Position numbers and translations under genes: made by a program
The notes under the pieces: model-generated
Databases searched by the model: none
The model's input: only the letters and a program-made list of their open reading frames with translations
What the model was told of the DNA's origin: nothing
Assembly (NCBI RefSeq): GCF_009914755.1
Contig: NC_060929.1
Direction: 5' to 3' (one strand)
Length of the DNA: 64,000 nucleotides
DNA from: the human T2T-CHM13v2.0 reference genome, Homo sapiens
Shown: one piece after another, positions 53,552-64,000 of the stretch
Position numbering within the stretch: position 1 is the first letter of the stretch
How the letters are laid out: each line of letters opens with the position of its first letter

Positions 53552-54128
53552 GGCTGGGCGCGGTGGCTCACGCCTGTAATCCCAGCACTTTGAGAGGCCG
53601 AGGCAGGCGGATCACCTGAGGTCAGGAGTTCGAGACCAGCCTGGCCAACATGGTAAACCTCGTCTCTACTAAAAACACAAAAATTAGCCAGGCATGGTGG
53701 CGTGTGCTTGTAGTCCCAGCTACTTGGGAGGTTGAGGCCAGAGAATCGCTTAGAACCTGGGCGGTGGAGGTTGCAGTGAGCTGAAATTGCGCCACTGCAC
53801 TCCAGCCTGGGCAGCAAGAGTGAAACTCCATCTCACAAAAAGGCTGGGTGTGGTGGCTCATGTCTGTAATCCCAGCACTTTGGGAGGCTGAGGTGGGTGG
53901 ATCACGAGATCAGGAGTTCAAGACCAGCCTAGCCGACATGGTGAAGCCCCGTCTCTACTAAAAATACAAAAATTAGCTGGGCATGCTGGCACGCACCTGT
54001 AATCTCAGCTACTCGGGAGGCACAAGAATTGCTTGAACCTGGGAGGTGGAAGGTTGCAGTGAGCCAAGATTGTGCCACCGCACTCCGGCCTGGGCAACAG
54101 AGCAAAACTCTGTCTTGGAAAAATAAAA
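53552..54128 (+). mobile_element. Two head-to-tail Alus inside one TSD
   Basis: aaaaagttcccatag at 53535-53549 and 54126-54140 brackets both elements. Confidence 0.92.
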
Positions 54129-54226
54129 AAGTTCCCATAGCTATGTAAATTGAGAAGTGGCTGGGTCTAAAGTTTGAGTGCCCTGGTCAGGGGTGGGGGT
54201 ACGAGGGAATCAGAAGCAAGATGCTG

Positions 54227-54515
54227 GCCAGGCGCGGTGGCTCACACCTGTAATCCCAGCATTTTGGGAGGCAGAGGCGGGCAGATCACTTGAACTCAGG
54301 AGTTTGACACCAGCCTGGCCAACATGGTGAAACCCTGTCTCTATTAAAAATACAGAAAATTAGCCGGGCATGGTGGTGCATGCCTATAATCCCAGCTACT
54401 CAGTAGGCCGAAACAGGAGAATCGCTTGAACACAGGAGGTGGAGGTTGCAGTGAGTGAGATCGCTCCACTGCACTCCAGCCTGGGATGCTGTCTCAAACA
54501 AAACAAAACAAAAAA
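54227..54515 (+). mobile_element. Alu (AluS)
   Basis: Dimer. Confidence 0.9.
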
Positions 54516-55013
54516 CAGAAGGAAGGTACATTAGAAGGTCATGAAATGGATGGAAGGCTTTCGAGGCTAAAAGGACTAGTTTTGTGCAATATGCACCAAT
54601 CCTGTGAAAATACGGAAATGACCAAGGGCTTTTCTATTTAGTTCCTTGAAGCATGTATGTTGTGTGTTCATGTGTGTGAAAACCTGCTTTGGGGGCAATC
54701 GGGACATAAAGGGAGAGGAATGGACAGGTCAGATGACACTTTTCCCCCTCTACCTCTTCCCAGTTTTGGAGCTTTGCTGTCCATCTGCAGCACACTCCAG
54801 TTTAGGGGACAGCTTTCCTAGGAAGGAGGCTCTAGCAGCTCCTTGCAGTATTCCGCTTCATAATGAAGAGCAGCTTTCCTCCGATGGTTCTACGGTCGTC
54901 CTAGAGCTGGGAGAAGGGATTGCCCAGCCCAGGAAGCCCTATCTTCTCTTCCCCTTTCAGTGGCTGCTTATTCTCAAACTTGAGGCCTTGCTGGCTGAAG
55001 AGGTCAGGGAAGT

Positions 55014-55072
55014 AAACACACAAACACACCAGAAACGGCAGTCCCGTGTATATTTAACAATATATATTTATA
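55014..55072 (-). terminator. Distal SPRY4 polyadenylation region (non-canonical hexamer plus GU-rich downstream element)
   Basis: TATAAA/AATATA variants lie 25-30 nt upstream of the inferred cleavage site (~55038), with a GU/U-rich tract immediately downstream. There is no AATAAA here. Confidence 0.65.
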
Positions 55073-56529
55073 TATATTTTCTAAATCAGTACATTCAGTT
55101 TTTAACTTGTTTTTTTCTTCACAAACAGAAGAACTCTTACAATAGTAGACTTTCTAAAATAAATACTATTAAAATAGAGCTTCAAAATAAATATTCTATA
55201 CAAAGAAAACCTGTGGCAACTTTGTGGTGGGGTGGAAATGGGCTACAGTGAGGGGGAAATGAAGTTGGGATGTGGCGGGGTGGGAGCCTCGAGCTTTTCT
55301 GTTTGTAACATGAAACCAAGCTGTGGGACAGTAAGAAGAGAAAGCAAGGCAAGACACTGCACGCAGTTACCCACAGCAGAAAATGGCAACGCAAGATTCA
55401 TCATCGACTGTCACAGTAAGCAGAGGGGGCACAAAAATGCTTGTCAAAGGCATGAACCAGAAGGCTAGTGAGGCTCGCAGGATGCCCTAGTGAATCGTAC
55501 AGTGTAGAGCTGTGCTGCCCACGCCCGCCAGACACTTCCTGGGACAGCACAGAAGGAGAACAGGACGCTTCAAGGTGACAGTCATCCGGGTTCTGGTGCA
55601 GATCAACTTTCCACGTGTGCCATCTTGGACAAGTCATTATCTAGCTGGGCCTCACTCGAGGTATGATGGCGACTGACAGGCTCCACAAGGCTGAAAAGAA
55701 CTAGCCATGTCTTCCATCTCAGCTCTGAGGGGGTGCGTACCAAAGGACCAAAGGAAGGGATTGGTCTTCACCCCCTTCCTGCTCAGGAAAGCCTTAGTTG
55801 TGCCCATCTTTTCTCTGGGAGGGCTTTGCTACCCAAGACCCAGTTCCCAGGGTGCTCGCGGAAGCGCTGTCCTTCATTAACACGGGCAGCCAGAGCCCCC
55901 TAGAAGCGTCCTGGATCCCAGGTGCCCCTCGAGTTAAGACAGAACCCCCACCTACCCCAGGTTTACCAGGGGCGGGAACTAACCAGCACTTTTCAAAAAA
56001 GGTCAAGCCGAGGCATCGTCCAGCCAAACAGGCCATTGGTGACAGGAAACACACTCAGCCAGAAGCAGCTACACATGTGTGTTGTGTCTCTGAGTGCTGG
56101 GTCCCTCAGTGGCTCTCGACTGGCCCCAGAGCCGGGGAGGGTCCACAGGCAAGCCAGTTTATCCTTCTGTTTGTTGTTGTTGTTGTTGTTGTTTTAATTT
56201 TTGCCAAGAAGCTGAGAAAAACAATGCTGAGGGATTGCTACACAACCAAGCTGGGAGAACCAAGGATGGTTCCTTCGCTCCTTCCCATGACCACTGAGCA
56301 CACGAGGCACTGAGGTGGACTCTTAGAGAGCACTCTGCAGACATCCATCAAGCAGGTTGAAAGCAAACCAAGAAGAACAAGCTAGAACAGGGGCAGGGGG
56401 ACAAAAGGAAAAAGCAAACCAAAACCCAGAAAAATCCGTGTTTACAAGTATGTACACAAAAAGTCAGGGTTCAGGAGGCCGTTTGCCAGGAAATAGGGTC
56501 TTTGTCGGTAGACAGTCAGTGTGGGGTAG

Positions 56530-56576
<47 letters not shown>

Positions 56577-58819
56577 CACAGCTTATGTAAATCGACTCTC
56601 CACAGAACGGGTGTGTAGACCACCAAGATCACCAAAGTGCAACTTGCCACTGGGTCAAGTTTCCCATGGAGACAATTTGAGGGAGGGGCCCTGGGAAAAG
56701 TTCTGAGGCCTCGCAGAAAGCGTGCAGATGTGCACTATCAATTTTGGGGCCCCCTCATCTGAGGAAAACCATCTCCAGTCCCTTCAGTACACTTCTGATA
56801 CATTCAATTCATATAAGTGGTTGGCTGAATGTGTGTTTTTTTCTACCACTCCTTCTGAAATGTTCAAGAACATCCATACATCCGTCACAACTGTGGCAAG
56901 GGTAGCTACACGAATCAGCCTTGGAAAATGCAGATGCAATATTTCACATTCGCCTTTTACAAGCTAGCAAATGTTACATAAATAAAGCCGAAAATAATAT
57001 GACCCTCCCTTCCTCCAATCAATAAATACCTATGGTTACAATCAACTTACTCTAAATCATAAGATGTTACTACTAGTCTTCAAGAAGGAAAAAATAAGTC
57101 CTTGAGAAGCATTAGGTGCCTATCATAGCTACCTACCTCGCTGCCTCCTTCCCGGAGGCACCTCTGTTCCTATACAGAACAAACTGGAAATGCTACGGAC
57201 GCTCTGCCTCATGCACTTCCAGTTTCACCTGGGGTAGCTCTTCTGACTCAGGCCATGCCCTCTCATTAGAGGGGAAAACAAAATACCACACAAAGCAAGA
57301 ACCCCACACAAAAGCTGGGGAGGAAGGACCAGATACACTACAGCTTTTGCATGCAACAAGTACCTACCCACTGGACGTGCTGCACCTTCTGAGTCCTTTA
57401 GCACCTTGAGAGAAAGAGTTGCTACGTCTTTGAGGGCTGTCGGGAGAGGGTGGTGTGGCTGTGCACAGAAGCAGGGCTCAAACCCAGTGGCCCCTGGAAA
57501 AACCTTTCCCCTACCCTCTCCCCAGCTCTTCCAAGCTCTTCCGACTCCCCTGCTGGGGCTTCCTAACACTAAAATAGACTCTTTTTTCATCATCTCTCTA
57601 TTTACATTAAAGATACAGACACATCACTATACACAAAAGGCTATGACAGTGAGCAGCAGAATCAGAAGAGAAGAAACCCAAACCCAGCCTGGCTCAGCGG
57701 TCATTCTGCCAATGGGAGGTGCTGCCTCTCTTCTTTGCTGTTAAAATCCTCTTGTTGATAGGGAGGGAAATTGTGTTCCTTGAGGTTGCTCGCCCCCAGA
57801 TTTTGAAATCAGCCCTTCCTGGGGGTGGCCAAAAGGAAACAAGTTGTTTTATTATTATTTTTTAAAACACCGTTAGCATCCGGTTTAATTATTCTATAAA
57901 AACATAATGACTGGATCCAGAGACCACAGCCTCAGACTCATTGGCAAAATGATATTTGGTCTCGCATTTGCCGCCCTGGCTTCCTCTACCCATATAAAGT
58001 TTCTGGAAGGGATCTGAGTAGAGAGAACCCAGGACACGTAGTGGGCAGGCGAGTCTGTGACTCAGTAAGAACCGAAGGACGGTGTGGTGAGCAGAACACC
58101 CCCGAGAGTTAGTTGATGCAGTTGGAAGGGAGAAGTGCACTGAGCAGTGGCTCCTAAATCCATCCTGTGGCTCCGGGGAGGCAGAAGGAGGAACGAGGCT
58201 TGGACTCACTGGCCGTCCTCTGTTCTCAGTGGCTCCCAAGTATATACAATAGGAACTGCTAGGGTGTTCTACACCTTCCCCAAGACATCAGGGACAAAGT
58301 GGGGTGGAGTGAGATGGGGAAGGAGAAGAAGGTATAGAAGACTCCAAGGGTCTTCTTTAAAGGTACCCTGGTACTCAGTTAACAATTCCTCCCAGGCAGC
58401 TAGCTCCTGTGAGAGCCAAAGACAATGGAAAAGAGGAAGGGGGGGGCGGAGGGAGGGAGGGAGAAGGAGGGGCTGGGAAGGCATTCAAGCAGCTGCAGTT
58501 TCCGGATATGTGTCCACATCTGTGTTCTGTCTTCTGAAAAAGAAAAATTTCCCCCCAAACCACACCCTGCCCCTGCATTGTCTGTTTGACACAAAGTTTC
58601 AGGACCCTGAAAAAAAGCCCCAAAGTGCTTCTTCATCATCTTGGGGAATACAGGGTACGTGGTGGTGGTCTCTGTATTTTCCGAAGCTGGGGGTAGGGAG
58701 TGGGCAGACTAGCAAGGTCAGCCTCAGGAGGCTAAAACCTCTGACCTTGCTGCAGTCTTCTTAGATGTCAGAAGAGAACCAGGTTTCCAGGCAGAGCACT
58801 GGGGCTTCGACACAAACTG
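55038..58819 (-). other. SPRY4: SPRY4 3'UTR (~3.8 kb)
   Basis: Alu-free stretch after the stop codon. It ends in an AT-rich region with variant hexamers (AATATA 55063-55068, TATAAA 55067-55072), followed by a GU-rich downstream element GUUUCUGGUGUGUUUGUGUGUUU (55014-55036). The exact cleavage position is inferred and partly recalled. Confidence 0.8.
56532..56573 (+). repeat. (GT)21 microsatellite in the SPRY4 3'UTR, read as (CA)n in the mRNA
   Basis: Perfect dinucleotide run. Confidence 0.95.
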
Positions 58820-59719
58820 TCAGAAAGGCTTGTCGGGCCTGCTGGTCTTGGCATCCCCGCTGGCTGCTTTGCAGATGACGCTGTTCGTGTGCTTGCAGCG
58901 GCAACCAGGGCGGCGCAGACGGTCGTAGCCACGCTGGGCCAGCTTCACGCAGCCGGTGGCAGGCAGGTAGCAGAGCAGGCAGGGCAGCACCACGGAGAGA
59001 GCACCCATGAAGGACCAGCGGGCGCAGCAGTTGGAGCGGGAGCAGGAGCAGGGGTGGTCAGCGCAGGAGCCCTCATCGTCCTCATTCGTGCAGTGGTAGA
59101 AGATGCCCTGCACCAAACACATGCACGTGCCATAGTTGACCAGAGTCTGGGCTGAGCACAGGCACTCCTGGTTGCAGACCCAGCAGGAAGGCAACGTCCG
59201 GGGGGATGCACACTCCTTGCATTTACACTTCCCACAGGCCTCGCACAGCAAGAAGTGCTTGTCCAGCTCGGGTGGGACCGCCGGGCCCTTGAGGTCCAGC
59301 GGCTGGCAGTGGACCACCTTGGGCTGGATGCGCACAGCCCTTGGTGAGGCCTGGTCAGCCACGGGTGGTGGTGCCATGTGGTCTAAGAGCCGTTGGTCAG
59401 AGGATGTGCTGCTGCTGCTGCTCACAGAGCTGGGGCGCCCGCTGAAGGAGATCCAATGGTGGGTGACATCCTGGTCACAGCGGGCGGGCGTCGGGGCCAG
59501 CTCTGGGGCCCCGCCCCGGGTCCGCTTTGGGCCGGTGGTCAGGGCCAGGCTAGGGTTGTCTATGTAGTCATTCTCCACATGGCTGGTCTTCACCTGGTCA
59601 ATGGGTAGGATGGTGAGTGGGTGCTGGAGCCGGCTGTGGGACATCCGGCTGTCAAGAAGGGGCTGGACCATGACTGAGTTGGGAGTCAAGGGGGCGCTCT
59701 GTGGGATCGGGGGCTCCAT
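58820..59719 (-). CDS. SPRY4: Protein sprouty homolog 4 (299-aa short isoform, single coding exon)
   Basis: Translation MEPPIPQSAPLTPNSVMVQ...SRPDKPF*. It carries the Sprouty Cbl-TKB motif ENDYIDNP, the Ser-rich SSVSSSSSTSSDQRLL segment and the Cys-rich SPR domain (CEACGKCKC...CLLCYLPATGC). ATG is cat at 59717-59719 and TGA is tca at 58820-58822; 900 nt in total. Confidence 0.98.
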   Translation of the reverse strand: MEPPIPQSAPLTPNSVMVQPLLDSRMSHSRLQHPLTILPIDQVKTSHVENDYIDNPSLALTTGPKRTRGGAPELAPTPARCDQDVTHHWISFSGRPSSVSSSSSTSSDQRLLDHMAPPPVADQASPRAVRIQPKVVHCQPLDLKGPAVPPELDKHFLLCEACGKCKCKECASPRTLPSCWVCNQECLCSAQTLVNYGTCMCLVQGIFYHCTNEDDEGSCADHPCSCSRSNCCARWSFMGALSVVLPCLLCYLPATGCVKLAQRGYDRLRRPGCRCKHTNSVICKAASGDAKTSRPDKPF

Positions 59720-59800
59720 GGGGCTGGAGGTCCTGGACTGTACGGAGAAACAGGCTTCTAGGGGCCCTGGGGGTGGGGTGGGGAAAAGGAAGAGAGAATG
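59720..59800 (-). other. SPRY4: 3' splice acceptor of the SPRY4 terminal exon (exon starts at 59766) plus the in-frame segment GPLEACFSVQSRTSSP used by the longer isoform
   Basis: The minus strand reads ttctctcttccttttccccaccccacccccag|GGCCCCTAGAAG: a polypyrimidine tract followed by CAG (ctg at 59767-59769). The frame is open through to the ATG. As I recall it, the long isoform starts MLSPLPT in an upstream exon that is not in this window. Confidence 0.88.
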
Positions 59801-62244
59801 GATTCCAGGCATCAGTATGTGGCCTGCCAATACCTCACCCCCCATCAGGTCCTTGGGAGCCGCCCAATTGACATAGGAACTAAAATCCCTCTGTGGACTT
59901 TCCAGTGACTCCCCAAGCTTAAGATGATTAATAATGACAAGAAGTCAGTGGTGGAAATAATACTACTGAGCACTTAAGATGGAGGTACTCTCCTAAGCAC
60001 CATATGCATTAAGTCATTGACTTCATGATAAGCCTAAAACGTAACTACTATTATCCCCCTTTTCTATTTAGAGAAAAGACATGTTGAAATTAATTTGTCC
60101 AAAGTCACACAAAACTATCCAAAACTATCAGTAGCAGGACTCAAACCTGGGCAGCCTGAGTTCATTCTCTTAGTCACTGTGAAACATGCTCCTTATTTAA
60201 GACACATAGCTCAGTGGATGTAAACACAGGCTCTGGAACAACACTCAAATTTGACTCTCACTTTGGTCTAGCAATATTGCTATGAATGAGTTCTTTCATC
60301 TCTATGCCTTAGATTTTGGTTTTGTCATCTGTAAAATGGGCTCTTGCAAGGATTAAATGAGAAAATACTATCTATTACCTAGCATATTACCTGGCACGCA
60401 GCAACAATTTATCGCTACCCCAGGGAATAAGTTTAGATCTCCTGAGCACTTACAAGCACTGCCTGCCAAGCACCGTGCCAGGCACTGGGGACAACGTGGT
60501 GAACTCAACAGACAGCTCTGGGTGCTCCCATGGAGTTTATCAGCTGGATAAACAAGCCCTTTATTTCAGATATTCACAAGAGAAGGGCTGTATCTGATGC
60601 CTGCACATCCAGGATATTAACTTATTACTACCACTTCTTAAGAGCAGCAACCTGCAGTGGCTAATAATCCCTGGGTATGTGAGCTTCTGACAACTTGGAT
60701 GGGAAATCCTCTCGAGGGGCACTCACATCACCCATTTCCAAGTGCTGAGCTGAACATTCAGCCTAAATGCTATTTACTAGAGTAGCTAAGCCAACCCTGG
60801 ATCAGTTTCTAATTTCACCGAGAGAGTGCAATTTTAAGTTGGAATCCAGCCAGAGATTCAACTGCAGTGCCTGACACGGAACCCCAGGAAGTCACTTAAA
60901 TCAAAGAGCGGAAACTGCTTGGTTCAAATTTAGAAAGTGCACATTGTTTTCTATTAGAAGTGCCATTTCCTTGCCTGCTGACCTTTACATTTGGAATTCT
61001 GCTGGAGATCAATTTAAAGAAATAGCAGCAGAAGGCCAAGACCTCTGCTCAAGGGGATACAATTTGGAATCCAAGGGAAAGATTACACTCTGGGAAGATT
61101 CCACCCCAATCTTAAGAACCCCAGGGAATGGGGAGGGAGGGTAAAAGAGAAAGATAAGTCTTTAAAACAAAACCAAAAAAAGGCCATTGCATTAATGTAT
61201 TATGGGGTGGGGTTTTAGTAAATGCTTTTGCATTTACTAAATTTGCATCAAGATGCTAACGATGTTCTAATTAGGAGAGCTGATCCTGCCCCTCTGCTGT
61301 TAGGTTTATCTAGAACCTGTCTAAAATAAAAAGCTAGCTCTAGATAAAAGTTTATGAAGGGGATAAAAAGGGGGCTATCCACGGGGCTCCAGTATGTATA
61401 TCACTTACACTGCTAAATCCAAAAAGCATCCAGTCTTTTCTGCGAGGTTCAATGCTCAGTCAACTGATATTTCCCATTCACGCAGGGCATCAACTATTGG
61501 CTTTGCTCCCATGGCCCTGCCTACTTAAAAGGATGCTGGTATTTCTTTACACGCCTTGTTTTTCCTGTCTTGGAGAAAGCCTACCTAGTGGCAGTGCCTG
61601 CCCCCATGTTCTCTTCGGATGAAACCATAGCATCACCTTTGAATTGGCGATTTCCTTGTGGCAGAGTTTACCTTAAGTGTCTGGCAGGTCTGCCACCAAA
61701 GAGTAGCCACTTGCCAAAGCAGCCTCCCCTGGAGATCCTGTGGTCAGGGCTGGAGAGAGGGAATGCAAGTAAGCATCTATGGAGAGGAGTTTTTCCAAGG
61801 ATCAGGCTGATGACAACGTAGGAATTCCAGGGAATGCTACCTCAGCCTGCCCACTTATTCTCAATAGGTGTTCCAAAGCCTTGCTTCTAGAATAAATGAG
61901 TTTGGGGCAAGAGGCCAGGGTTAGGAGCCCAAGGTCCAGCACTGAGGACGCTGCCTGGAGGAAAGGGTGTGGCTTGGCCTAAGAATTAAAAATGCCACGG
62001 ATAAGATTCTCCAGCACCAGCCAGAACCCTCACCCCCGGACAATGATAACATGAGTCCCTTGTTCCAGAAACCGATGTCAGGAATATTCAGGGTCCTGCC
62101 AACACAATGTAGGCAGCAGTTTGAAGCTTCTATTGCCCCATATAGTTGGGTTTTGTCTCTCAGGACCAGGATTGGGTCTGGTCATGCTGTGGAAGAAAGT
62201 AAAAGACTCCCTTTCCTTAAGCAGATTCACTTTTTTTTTTTTTT

Positions 62245-63137
<893 letters not shown>

Positions 63138-64000
63138 TCAGTTGATTTGGTAGATCAATCTCTACTCACTGAGAAACACCCACCCTCCACTCTGAGCAAT
63201 GCTGACAATCTTAAGTGCAATTTAATATGTGCTCCCTGCTTCCCCTGCAAGGTAGTAAGAGATTTATAATATAAATAAGAGAGAGGAGGTTTTGCCTCAT
63301 TTAAGCAGTTTGGAAGAGACTGATGGCCAATTTGGAAGACACTGGACAGAGAAACAAACCCAGCACTCCACTTAGCCAAAGAAGCACCTCTATCAAGTTT
63401 AGGTGGTACTCTTACGAACTGGCAAGAGGGAAGGGACTTTTACCTCCACTCAACCTTCTAATAATAATAAATAATAATTATGGAAGCGGCTAATATTTAC
63501 GAAACATTTCTTGGTGCCAGGCTCCGTGCTAAGCCCTCAGTGATTTATTTTCTCACCATAAATCAAGTCATTTAATCCTCACCATACTTCAAGAGAGAAC
63601 CCATTTTACAGAGGAGGAAATGGAAGCACAAAGGGTCATAGAGCTAGCAAGTGACCAGAGCAGGATTTGAACCAAGACAGCAGAGGCTTCAGAGGCTGAA
63701 ATATTAACCTCTCAGCCCTGACTTACAAAAGCCCTCCATAACCTCTGGGAATTTATGGAAAGGCATGAAAGTGCCATCACTTTCACAACCATGGACTCCT
63801 CCAGCCCTCACGGAACATCATTAGAACATCCTGGGGCTCTGCAATGCAACCAACAGGGAAGGAAAGCCAGATGGGGCTTACATCAGCCTGAACCCCAGGG
63901 AGGGGAATTTTCAATGTGGAGAGTGAAGGCTGTGGGGGTTTGTAATCTCTCTCATTCAAGGAAGGCTCAGAGTTCAAGTGCTCTTCACTCCAGTTCAGTG

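Noticed and set aside
54646-58764. Longer + strand ORFs (201, 171 and 205 aa) antisense to the SPRY4 3'UTR
   Set aside because: Low-complexity composition, no recognisable domain and non-ATG starts; consistent with chance frames.
59767-59845. N-terminal part (MGGEVLAGH...) of the 341-aa ORF in the track
   Set aside because: It lies upstream of the splice acceptor at 59766, so it is intronic read-through of an open frame from a non-ATG start.
58889-59876. Overlapping antisense and alternate-frame ORFs across the SPRY4 CDS
   Set aside because: Expected shadow ORFs in GC-rich coding sequence.

Overview
This is primate, almost certainly human, genomic DNA: the 3' end of SPRY4 (Sprouty RTK signalling antagonist 4, 5q31) on the minus strand plus about 55 kb of Alu-dense downstream intergenic sequence. 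The only real protein-coding region is the SPRY4 terminal exon (splice acceptor at 59766, ATG at 59719, TGA at 58820, 299 aa), followed by a 3'UTR of about 3.8 kb ending near 55038. The intron upstream holds the reported lncRNA SPRY4-IT1/SPRIGHTLY (about 62245-62933). The other ORFs in the track are Alu-derived or chance frames. I see no CRISPR array, operon or new protein-based system. The most notable observations: (1) a ~750-bp orphan retroposed insert with a 21-bp target-site duplication (TSD), poly(A) tail and AATAAA; (2) an ERV1 solo LTR with three perfect octamer motifs; (3) a ~260-bp inverted duplication whose two copies each received an independent Alu; (4) an Alu interrupted by a copy of nearby DNA; (5) a spacerless inverted Alu fusion; (6) a palindromic AT-rich tract; (7) a CpG-dense double hairpin and an AGGTCA DR3/DR0 cluster; (8) a candidate proximal poly(A) switch in the SPRY4 3'UTR; (9) a SPRY4-IT1 3' end that sits on a genomic A-tract. 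Repeat boundaries and subfamily names were called by eye and are approximate.
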